The notes under the pieces were generated by a model. That model made no database searches, was not told where the DNA came from, and saw only the letters and a program-made list of their open reading frames with translations. From assembly GCA_003971905.1 (NCBI GenBank), contig RSEE01000067.1, forward strand, positions 186,001 through 250,000: 64,000 nucleotides of DNA, read 5' to 3'. Source of the DNA: Moniliella sp. 'wahieum' (Eukaryota). Position numbers and translations under genes: made by a program. Shown in pieces: positions 10,831-22,349 of the stretch (position 1 is its first letter; every line of letters begins with the position of its first letter).

Positions 10831-12716
10831 TCAATATTCAGTTCGAATAGTCAGTTCTTCACATGTTGTAACTATGTTGGGGACTATTCTGCTCTCGGCC
10901 GATTTGTTCTTATGCACCCTACTCCCTGTTAGCGCCGTACTGCTGTAACGCCATGTGCATGGACCAATTGATTCACGACGAAGGCCTCGCCGATCCAAAA
11001 CCGGAGCTAAACCCATCCAACCCACCGTAGCCAGGCGACTCAACGAGCTCGTCAGAAAAGCGCAGCTTCGAAGCACTGTCTCGGTCTGGCGTGCGGCCAT
11101 AGCGATCGGGTTGGTTGGCTCGTTTGGGTTTGAAGGTAGGAGTGGGACGAAGAAAGTGGGCACGAGGGAGGTAAACCAAGCATGGACAGCGTCCCCGGTA
11201 TCCGTAGGGCTGAGACGCAGGAGTGACGCAACAAAGGTATGATGCTGGTAGAGGTCATTGTACATTGTCTGCACCAGCTCTTGGCCCAACGATTCCACCA
11301 CCGTTGGTACGACCTCGGCCCACTCGTCCTGCTTTCGGAGGTTGAGACCAGCGTTCCTTTCCACACAGATTCCGAAGGGACCAGCTCTAGCTGAGGGGGG
11401 AGGAGGAAGTCAACGCTCACCGACTCAAACGGGGCAAGCACGGTGTCTACCTTCCCATCCCCTTGTAGGTAGGAGAGGGAAGTAGTATACTTTTCGACAC
11501 AGTCGGGAGTGCCAAAGTGAATGACGCGGGTCGCGTCGACTCCGTTAAGAGAGAGTTCATTGATCTCGTTTGTTACTAGTATACCACTCTTGGCTTGGCG
11601 GAACTGGTTTAGCGCCCAGGTTCGAGGACGGAACGAACCTTCGGAAGGCTTGTAGAACACCGATGTTCCCAGATCCATCGACTGAAGCACGCGGCTGATC
11701 AGCTCCGCGAGGGTGTCGGTAGGACAGAGAACAAGGATCTTGGTCCGCTCGCCGACGGCAAGGTCCTGTGCAATTAGACTTCCAAGCACGGGAAACGTTT
11801 CGGAAGGCGTTGCACACATGATTGCCCGTTCTTCGCGTTTGCCCTCATCCCTCGGTGCAGGGGGCACGATGGTATCATAGTTGGAACTAAGTACGCCTTG
11901 GGCCATCTCCATCACAGCTGGAGAAAAGTGGGAGAAAAATACCATGTTCAGGCGCTCGTTGGCGCCAGGTAGGCGGGCCACAAGTTCTTCCAGCTCGTCC
12001 TTTTGTCCAAACTCCAACATGGTGTCCAGGGCATTGAGTACGACAGTCTCGGCGTACACAGCGGCGCGAGCCAGCTCCGAACGGGTGGCAAAGAGGCTGT
12101 TGAGCATGCCGGGGGTGCCTAAAACGAGGTCCAGTGGGAACTTGGGCAGCGACGCTTTGTGCTTTCGTAAGGGCATGTGTGGGGCGAGAGGTGGATACCC
12201 AGGGTGGACCCGGCCAGGACTCGTGCTTGCTTCCGCACTCGCATTGCCAGGTCAGGCGTGGGACAGACGACCAACGCTCCGATGGCAGACTTGCGGTACT
12301 GATCAGCGACATGCTCAGCAGAGGCAGTGTCGGGCAGGCACGTGGCAGCGCGCACTTGGTTGGAGATGTGGCCAGAACGGATGAGGCCGACGGTATTGAG
12401 GCGGCGCTGAAGGGCCGGAAGGAGGAAGGAGAGGGTGCGTCCGGAGCAGGGGGGCGTGTGGAGGAGCAAGTCGACGGTCTCGGACCCACGGCGGTCGGAG
12501 CCGCCAGGGTGGGCGAGGGCGGGCAGGCGGGCCAGGACCTCGGCCTGGAGAGGTGAGGGGGCCGAGGTCGGCTTGGGCGAGGGCGTGGACGAAGCTTGGG
12601 GCGAGGCTGCCCTGCAGATGGGCAGCGTCGGTGAGGGCGCGGGCGGGGGCGGAGGAGAAGAGGCGCACCGCGGGGCGGATGCGTATCCTGGCGGCCGGCG
12701 GTGGCAGGGGCGGCAT
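10831..12716 (-). CDS. MSS116/CYT-19-like mitochondrial DEAD-box protein with degenerate catalytic motifs (frameshifted)
   Basis: Arg-rich presequence (RIRIRPAVRLFSS); PPCSGRTLSFLLPA, ALVVCPTPDLA, DLVLGTPGML, VVLNALDTMLEFG, KILVLCPT, FRQAKSGILVT, VIHFGTP; helical C-terminal extension. Confidence 0.75.
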
Positions 12717-13095
12717 GTGGTGGCTGGGCGACGCTGGGACGAAAGAGGGGGCAGGCGGGGGAAGAAGGCAAAGCGGGGGTCACGCGGTCACGTGCGCTGG
12801 GTGAAACTTGAACAGGGCGGTGGCTGCCGGCTGAAAGGTTGAAACGACAGGTGCGAGTGACTATGCGGCTTGGCCTGGAGCATCCAGACGAGGTGCTCGC
12901 TGGGTGAGTGCGTCGTGGTGCCCACGGAGCGCACTGATACGCTGCCCTCAGCTGAGCAGCCCACAGCCGCCGCGCCCGCACAGCACCAGTGCCGCCCCCG
13001 CTTCGCCCGCCACCCCGGCCCACTTTTGCCCACACCGCCGCCCACCACCTCCCCCACCCTCCCACCCCCGTCTCCACCCCCGTCTCCACCCCGCC

Positions 13096-16085
13096 ATGGG
13101 CCAGGCCAATGCCGCGAGGCCACCGATGCTGCCACCCCCCCCCCTTGCCTCCGCAGGCGCACAGCGCACTCACAACAGCGCCTCCCACGCAGCCCGTGCC
13201 CCGGCCACCAGCGATGGCGAGCACGCGTCCGCGTCCGCCGCCGCTCATGGTCGCCAGCGCCGCCCCTCCCGGCCCGCCTGGCCCGCGACCTCGACTCGGG
13301 AGCCTTGGTTCCGACAGGTGTGTACGCCAGCACGCCACAGGACTATGCCCACGACATTGTCAAGACGCTCATCTGCACCCGCCGCCTCGCCCCCTTTTAT
13401 CGCGTGTCGACGACGAGGACGAGCTACAGGCTGCTTTGGCGGCCGAGTGAACCCAACCGAGTGCCCCATCTGCCTTTTGGCCTACCCGTCTCCGCTCAAC
13501 CGCACCCGATGCTGTGCCCAACCCATCTGCACCGAATGCTTTGTCCAGTCCCGCCGTCCTGACCCGCTTCTGTCCAACCCCCCCGAGCCCGCCAGTGACG
13601 TGCCCCTTTTGCATGACGGTCGACTTTGGGATCGTATACAATGTACCCCCCGCGCGCTGCTGGATAACGTCCCAATCGATGCGCCTCCCTCTGCCTCGCC
13701 CGAAGCATCTGGTGCCGAACCCGATACCCTGCAACGTGGCGTCGATACGGCGAATCCGCATGTAGTTACCGTGGACGAGATCCGTCCCGGTTGGGAAGCG
13801 TTGCTCGATGCCGCCAAGGCCATCCAAGCTCGCAGGCCAATAGAGGATCATCATGCGCAATGTCGGTGGTCGTCTGGTACCTGTCGGCGTCAGCTCCTCC
13901 GCGTCGGCGCCTCTCTTTCCCAGTTCCGGGTCGGGTAGTGCAATCGTCCTGCCTGGCTCCTCCTCTCGAAGTCGGGGAAGGACTGAAGCACAAGGTTCGG
14001 TGATGCAAAACGGTCAACTGGAACAAGCCATGCTCATGGAAGCCATTCGCCAGTCCTTGGCGAGCACGAACAGGAAGAACGCAGGAGGGCCGAGGAGCAC
14101 AGTCAAGATCAGCGAGTCGATCCGCCTGCCCAGAACCAGAGCCACATCCAAGACGGGATGAGGCCGTGCCCGTCCCGCCTGCCTTTGCCGATGAACAGGA
14201 AAATTCCTCCCCTATTCCTTTGGTTTTGTGGCGCCGCAGGGAGCTCTGCAGCCACTCCCGTCACGGAAAAAGATGGTTTCACCCACGTCAACCTCCCCTC
14301 ACCCGTGTCTCCGAACACGGGAGCCCCCTCTCCTCCTCTCGCCTCAGACGAACCCAAGCCTGAGCCCATTTCGCAACCCACCGGGCGCTCCCAAGCTGCT
14401 GACCCTCTTCAAGCCAGTCTTCCACCTCAGGCCAGCACATCTCTTCAAGCCGCAGTGCCCCCTCAAGGGCTCCGTGCTACTGATACGACGGCAGTTGACT
14501 TGCCCCTGCCAGAGCCTGTTCACTTCCAACCTGGTCCTTCTACCCAGACTGAGACAATCAAGCCGGCCACTCCCCCGATACGACAGCGAAGACTCGCAGC
14601 CCGAGCCGTCTGGTTATGTTAAAATCGCCCAGCACAGGTTCAGGAACAACTGTTGAGGAAACAATTCAACTCCCCACACCTGCCCAAGCCTTCCCATTGC
14701 TGCCACACCAAATCATGTGGTGGAACAGGATGATTCCATCCCTCCCAAAGTCGGATCCCTTGATGCTCCCACCCAAGCCGCCAACGTTCCCTCGGCCCCG
14801 ACTATGACCAATTCTGGAAAGCGCTGTCGCGCCTGGTGAGGTAAGGCGGGACTCCAACCAGCACGCGACGATGAGTTGCCTGGCGAGGCAATGATCTCCC
14901 CAACTCCGGAGGCGGTGGTGGAGGAGACCCCGGGTTTGGCTACGGATCTGTTCCAACGCCCTCCCCCCGAAACACTAGAGAGGAATCTGAGGCCGTATCC
15001 TCTACCAATTTGGCGCCCTCGATGATGGACACTCAGCCGTCGGATGTCATGCCGAATTCGATGAGGGACCTTCTACCACGCCATCCCGAGGCATATACTC
15101 ACCCTACTGAGAGCAGCATGCCTGGAGCCCCCCTGGCGTTGGCTGCCACTGATCAGGCTCAAGAAACGGCTCCTTCCCCACATTTTGGCGCCCACGCTCG
15201 TTTCAATTGCAGGAGGCGAAAAGTCGTCCTTCGCCCCCCGAGGCGGTAAAAGAACAAGTGATTGATCCGTTCGCTTCGCTTTCTCTTGGGGTGATGCGCC
15301 CTCCACGGAATCCAGGGAAGAGGTTACGACACGGAGGAGCCCGTTGTGGCGCCCGCGCCTTACCACCACCGCTGTGCCCATGACTTCAATCCAGTGAGGC
15401 GGGCCATGAGTCCCGCAGCGACACACCTTCGTCGAGCATGGGGACCAACACAGCTTCGCGGTTTGGGGAGCACGTTTTCCCTACGCTTCGCCTCCTGCGG
15501 CGGAGCGAGGCGTTCCTTCCTCCGCCCAGTGGAGGACGGACCCAGCAACGTTCTCATGTCGCTAGGGAACATTGCATCTGGATCTTCGTACCCCTCGTTC
15601 CCGCCATCGCCGTTGCACTCGGAAACGACTCCCACTACCCCTCCTTCCGGCGCCTTCACAACTTCCCACAGTCGGGACGGATCCGGGGCTTCCACACCAG
15701 GAAAGAGGGACACCAATCCATTCCGTCGTGGCCTCGGCCCCACTACACCAATCCGCTCACCTTCGCCCCCCTCCACGCTGGCCCCGCTTATGGGAAACAT
15801 GGTCACCTACCCGATGCAGGGCACCACCTCCTTGTCGCCGGCACAAACACGACCGCCTGTGCAGAAGGCCACTTCGACCGGCGCGTTGCTCTTTGGCCAA
15901 GCCAACACTCAAGCATGGAAGACGGCTACGATGTACCCCCCCGTCTCAGGGCACGCAACTCTTTTCCAGCTTGGCTTATGCTGATCCCCTTCCCCTCGCT
16001 GGGACCATCTTCGGGGACCGGCACCCCCAGTACGGGTCAACAAACCTTCCATTCGTACTTGAATCCCTCGCGGGGTGCATTCTAG
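13096..16085 (+). CDS. SIP5: SIP5-like protein (Snf1/Reg1-interacting, Cys-rich domain) with a long low-complexity C-terminus; multiple frameshifts, 3' end approximate
   Basis: MGQ start; [77 protein letters not shown]. Confidence 0.85.
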
Positions 16086-17006
16086 GTACCTCCTCTTACC
16101 TTGCTCTGTCTCTGTACCCTTTCTCTTCCGTACGATCACGTGAATCGTGCACCTGGCATTCGCTTCATTTTTCTTTGCTTTTGCTCTTTGCTCTTGGACT
16201 TGGACTTGATTGGCGAAACAGGTTGTACCTGCCTGGTGTCACTCATTGGTTTGCCTTATGACCTCGTCGTCCCCCTAATTTGGTTTGACCCATTACTTTT
16301 TTTTCTTTGTAATAGTTGGTTCAACAGCGACAGCTATCGTTGGTCCCTCGCTTCCTTATACAGAAGATGCATTGATCCCTTGGGAGCAAACGCGGGGGAA
16401 GAGATGCCGCACCCACCGGGGCCCACCTCGTTCACGGTAAAAGGCCACAACATGCCAGCCCATCGAAGACCAGAGAGGGAGAGATATATCTATTGGGAAC
16501 GCTATGTCAATCAAAAACCACGCTGAGAGGATTCTTTCTCCTCCTTTTTCCCTTCCTTTTCGGTGCTCTCGACATAAGAATTGCCTTCGACCAACTCTCG
16601 CTTGCCCTCGGTGGTGCCACACTGGTTAGTGGCGCCGATAGCCCAAGAAGCCCGGATCGTTACGGGTCATTCCTTCCAATATTCCTTCCTGCCAGAAAGC
16701 AGGAATGTTCCTCTCTATAGCCTTTTCTTATTTTCTGTTGCTCATGTGCAATGCAATACACACCATCAACTGCTTGCTCTCTGATCTTCTACACCTCCTT
16801 GCCCATCGCAATGATCCAGGCGTACGCGTTATTGCCTTCCCCTAACATTCCACCTCTATTTCGGCCGCTGTGTCAGGCTCTGCCCCACATGACCATCATC
16901 AGCAAGGCTCCCTCATCAACATCTGGTGACGACGAAGACCATCACCCGGCATTGCACGCCAGTGTTCCTTGGGTTTTGGATGTGAAAGGCGTTCGGTCTG
17001 TCGTCA

Positions 17007-19384
17007 TGTAACGCGTAACGCGTAATGCGTATAACGCTGCATGTAATAACTTGATGGGAATGGAAGGTATGTATTAGCACACCCTTCCAGAGGTGAATAT
17101 CCTTAGTATCCACATAGACTGAGAGAGAGTCGTATAATGTGGCAGGTGACATGTGACATTGCCGTGTATATGCGCAGATTATGATTTGGTGCCGTTATAT
17201 CGCAACCCAGACAGGTGCGAGGTAGATGTAATGCAAGACATGTGCATGTGAGGACTTGGCGATTAGGTGACTAGCGGCTCTGCTAGTGACTAATGAGTAC
17301 TGAGTAGTGATTATAGTGATTAGTGACTAGGACAGTAGCGATTTCTCTGTCGAAAGTGAGACGCCATGACATGTGACGTGTAACAGATCATCGTGATCGC
17401 TGTGTGGGTGGCAGCAGCACAAAGGTCGATAAGACAGTAGGAAAGGTGTGGCGGCTATTACTATGGCATGACGTACTTGAGAGCTTGAGGCTTGAAGCTT
17501 AAAATTTGGCATGTTGTACTGTCTGACAGCGAAGGAGAAGAAGAGAAGAGAGAGAGCGAAATAGGTGAGGGAATAAGGACATTGGTTGTCCTTTTTGCCG
17601 TTCCATGGCTCCGCTACTTCTGTATCCACAACCTCCTTGCAGCAAGTGGCGTGAAATCCTATTGTGTTGGATCAGAGGATGAGTTGCGATAAACGAGAAG
17701 GGGGAGACGTCCGTCGGCCGGGAGACGGAGATTGAACTCACCTTCGAGAGGTCATTATGTGAAAAGTGGCTATCTCTTCTCAGCTTAAGCTTCATTCGAG
17801 AACCGTATAAAGCTTGAAAAGGCTCCTGATGGAAGAGAGATCTACTCCTACATCCCGTAGAGAGAGGGAGTAGGATACATGTGAGTGTGGTATGATGGCG
17901 GTGTACATGGTACACCGACAATGCGTAGGAGCTACAGTCCTCAAGCTGCAGGCTACTATAAACCAACGGGAGATGACATGGATGACTCTACACACAAAAA
18001 TGGGGGCCATGGTGCGTGACGTAACGGGATGGTGGATTGAAGCGCACCTCCAAGCCCCCAAGTCTCGCATTCTCCGTTCTCGATTTTTTAGAGGGTGACA
18101 TGTGACAGTGACATGCGGCACACAGTACTTCTCCTAAGGCCTAAGGCCTAAGGCCTAACCGGTAACCTGATATACAGTCACATGCACAAAACAGAATTGG
18201 GCGTGATGTGACGACATCTGACATTTGTTCCGCAACATGTACATGATGTGTACGTTGCTGTTATTATACCGAACCTGATAGTAGCTGTGTGTGCTGTAAC
18301 CACGAAAAGTCACTAGTCACATGTCACATGTCACAGCTGCTCGTAATCTGGAAGTCTGACAATGACCTCACACCTGTTGTAGTATAGCCGACAAACGTTA
18401 CGCAAGAGAGGTCTACTGTTTTGGGCCGCGCCAAAATAAGGGGAGGAACCGCTATATTCCTGGCTGTACATTTGGGGTGGTTTTGTTCCGTCGGGAGCAA
18501 TTTATTCAACACCATGTTGGGGTCGCGAGACTCGAGACGTTTCCCCGACTGCTAACTTGAGGTGATGCCGTGAGATGGAATGGACGAACAGGCCACATAT
18601 TAAGTTGGGCCTTGAAGCTTGAAGCTTGGAGCTTGATCTTTAACATTGACGTGTGTACTGTGTGAGATGGACGCCATTTCACCTGCATAGTAGCAGATCT
18701 CAGGGATCTCAGTCTCATATACACCTGTCACAGGTGTCACATGCCAGGTCCTGAGGCCTCAGGGCTCCACCTGCAGATGTATGCCGGTGAGACTTCTGAT
18801 CTCATCTAAAGATCTAAATCCTTTTCCTCAGGGTGATGGCACTGAGACCTCCAGCCACAGACGTATATCTTCCGACAAATGAGATCTTCGATGGAGGGAG
18901 AGGAAGGATCTTAATGGAGATCACACACATTTTCTCGGCCCCTACATTCATTGTATCAGAGGATGCGCTTGGCGCTGATGCATGATGAGGTTGATGTGAT
19001 GAGAGGCCGCCGCAATGGGGCTCAAGCTTCAAGCTTCAAGGAACCCCCACCAAATTTCGTCAATGCATTGTCATATTATTTCTTCTCCCCAGAGATTCTC
19101 AACTTATATCTTTATGACTCGTGACCTTCCGGTGGTCTATGCACGAGTCACGTATTCTAGAAGGCGATGCTGTGGTGTAGATCAATAAGTACTGAGTTTC
19201 CCATCGTTAGAGGTGTGATCCTTTTACAACTTATACACAGTCATATGTTCTACTATGTCATATCCCATTTCTTATTGTCATACTCACACACTCACACGAT
19301 CATCGTGCTCACCCTGAGCGATGGTTGTGAACGAATGATGTGTATGGCTCCCTGAACGCGTAACGTGTAACATGTAAGGCCTCA
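17007..19384. repeat. Cluster of TNA-[4-bp palindrome]-TNA heptamer arrays
   Basis: Examples: 17007-17027 TAA/CGCG; 18133-18167 TAA/GGCC x3 then CCGG; 18308-18335 TCA/CTAG, CATG; 18613-18636 TGA/AGCT; 19022-19040 TCA/AGCT; 19354-19384. Confidence 0.85.
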
Positions 19385-20319
19385 ACCTTTCCGTTTCACC
19401 GCGTGCGGAGCCTATGATATAACTGTGCCAGCCTCCGTTGATCTACGTTCTCATACGTCACGGTTTGGGTCTCTCTTGGGTAATAGCCGCCGATGGTTCC
19501 CCGGTCCATATGGTCCACTGTGTTTCATGAAAATTTATGTGGTGAGACGAAGTAAGCCGGTGGTGGCTGGTGTGGTGGGCCGACGAGATGGACCATGCAC
19601 GTTGGGCGTAGCATCACTGGGGATGAAAGACGAAACTGGGAATGGAAGGTGTCATCGGGAGGGTCACTAATGCGGCGAACCTTTTGATCCGGTGGGCGCC
19701 GTGGCAATGCAGCGGCTTGTGCTGTTGCTACCCGCCCGCGTGCATGTGTTTTGCATATGCTCAACCGGAACCCCCAACCGTGGGCTTTAGCGTTGCCTCC
19801 ATCCGTTGTTCTTGAAGTGCTGATGGAAACTGCGGGGATGCCTGCCGCGCCCCCATCCCGCTCACACAAAAGAGTGTGTAAGAGGGAGCACTGTCCATAC
19901 ATGGGTTCGAACAGTTGGATGCCAATTCCTGCAGAGACTGACCCTGCAGCTTCGCAGGTAGAGTTGGAGGCTTCCGACACGGCTGAGTGAACTACATATG
20001 TTCGGTAGGCTGATGTCGCTTGTTCACGATCTGGAGGCCCCAATTAGGTCGCCACAATGGGCACACGGAAGCAAGAGCATCGGCTGTGGAGGGCGATGGA
20101 CCCACGAAGTGGCCCTCAAGCTCTTTCTCCATCCGTCATCAAAGAAAGGTCAGGTGGATGGAACAAGAAGTGATAGGACTCAATAAAGGAGCATATCTGG
20201 TTGATCAGGTTCGGGTACACCAGGGAATCCGTCCTTGGTTCGTCCCAAAAGGTTAGTGAGGAAACTGCAACGCTTCTGCGGAACAGAAAGAGAAAGAACT
20301 GATGCGACGGTTGGAGCAA

Positions 20320-20640
20320 AGGGAATGCTACAAGAATGCCAAGTACCAGTAACGCACTTAAGGGCCATTCTGCCTCTTGCGGTGGTTCTGACAAGGCATG
20401 GACACTTGTATATCACCAAAACGGCCAACAAGAAGTAGTTTGACCACCCTGGAAAAGGGTTACTGTTGAGCTGTATCATCGCAGATGGTTCACTGCTTTC
20501 AAACACACGTATACAACGCTCATTAATCATTCGTATATCCTCGTGCTATCCATATCTGCTTTCCGCGGAGCCAGCGGGGCCTGAAGACCTTTTCTCTGAT
20601 GGCCACTCCATTTAATGGTATCGTCCTAATTGGGTTGGCA
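20320..20640 (+). mobile_element. Decayed 3' fragment of an RLE-type non-LTR retrotransposon (copy C; may extend upstream to ~19900)
   Basis: gaatgctacaagaatgccaagtaccag...accaaaacggccaacaag aligns with copies at 21225 (+) and 41354-41725 (-). Confidence 0.55.
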
Positions 20641-21224
20641 CGAACAACTGCAGTTAGTATACCCGAGAGATAAGAAGCAGGTATATAATAGGCGCAACGT
20701 TTCTTGGTCCTTGTTCAAGTTCCTCTGCAAATGCTAATGCAACAGGCTGAGTTTCTTCACGGGCCTCTTAGCTGATCAGGTATACCATCTCAATGCTCTT
20801 CACTGTTGATCCTGTTCTCCTTCCCTCTACCAGTGCATTTTTTGCTTACTTCCCTCCGTACTTGATTTCACACACGCATCGCCCGACCTTTACAATGAAC
20901 ACACTCATTCTAGTAGGACTGTGGAAAGTGTAGAAGAAGAGTCGACGCTCAACGTTCAACCAATATAGTGAATCCGTGGGGGGATGGACAAAATGCATCC
21001 GTGTATGGGGTTTCATGGATTTTACTAGAGGATCACCGGGGCTACGGCCCGGCGTGTGTTCTAGGCCCCACCGTTCCTCCTTTCACTTTTCCCCCGTAGC
21101 CACCGTTCCACACCATGTCCTGATTTATCGGCCATGTAGCCCCTGGCAGCGCTGACGCGGCACTTGAAGTGGGTAATGCGCCGAAGAATGGAACCCACAT
21201 ACATCCCTCTCTATATCTTTATTC

Positions 21225-21590
21225 AGAATGCGACAAGCCAAGTACCAGGGACGCACTCAAGAGCCGTTTCCCCCCCTGGTTTTGACGACGCGAGGATACT
21301 ACGGCACCAAGACGGCGAGCAAGTTGTTTGCGCATTGGAAGGAGTTGGCTACTATGTCTCAGTGGAAATGGTTCCTCGCTCGGATGTCAACCACGTTCCT
21401 CCGTGTCCACACGCGCTTCCTAGGGTACGGGACCGGATGGCGTGAGCCGGAGGGTCCTGATATCCTGGCGATCCCCCTGGTTCCTTGACCCTGGTGGCGC
21501 CCCCAAGTATAACTCCCGCAAGATGAACGGTTAATAGGTTTAGACGTAGCGTTCCCCCTGTCCCAGCCTTAAGCTCTGCCAATGAAATGG
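21225..21590 (+). mobile_element. Decayed 3' fragment of an RLE-type non-LTR retrotransposon (copy A)
   Basis: Clear nucleotide homology to the reverse complement of 41354-41725, including the 3' UTR; translates KYQGRTQEPFPPLVLTTRGYYGTKTASKLFAHWKE..WFLARMS. Confidence 0.7.
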
Positions 21591-22349
21591 ACGTGTTCTA
21601 GGTTCCTTCGCCCTGGTGACTATATACACTTTTTCTCATTCTCATATATATATACTTACCCGCATTCAAAAGTATAGGTCTTCCACCTTGTCCATTGGTT
21701 TTGCTCTATTGGTTGCTTCATTGGTTATGTGATCGATCGGAAGCTGACGGATATCTTATCCACCCCCACTGTACTTGCTCGGACTCCGACTCATAAAGCA
21801 ATGGGGTCTTCATCTCCTATGTCCGCCTAAGACAATCGATACTTGTTATACTGCGTAACAAGTCGCCACAGGATGTATAGATCCAATTACAGGGCATGTA
21901 TTGCCTACACACTGACTGATGTGCTCATTGATGAAAGTACGGTGCTACGGCAACCCCAGAGACTCGCTCAACCGTGGTGTGTGAAATGCATGATACATGT
22001 CCATGGCTCTCTCCCCGCAGAGGCAAATCTCTTTTCGTGGTCAGGGCCTCCATTGAGGAATGCTTTAGAATGTGGTTCGAGCTGCGTGCGCTTCAACGTC
22101 ATGCAGGGACTAGCGTTGAGCCGCATACTATGTTGGACATTGGTGGCGGCGTTTTGAAGGGGTGTGTGTATGTGATGGGTATGACCATCGCATCTCCCAC
22201 CGGCCCATCAACTGGTGAGGCTGAGGCCCTCAGGGCCACTGTTTTGTAACTTGAAGTCCACCGGCTGCCGGCTCCTTATAAATCCCAAACATCGTCTCAC
22301 GGGGTGGATCGCTCGGTTTTATCGCAGGCAAAAAAAATCATTTGTTCAC

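Noticed and set aside
18133..18167. Tc1-type footprints (TSD plus 2 nt of each transposon end) from TNA-targeting elements
   Set aside because: This would need about 13 families with different termini, and the fillers track the host flanks instead. The hairpin model was kept; this variant is not strictly excluded.
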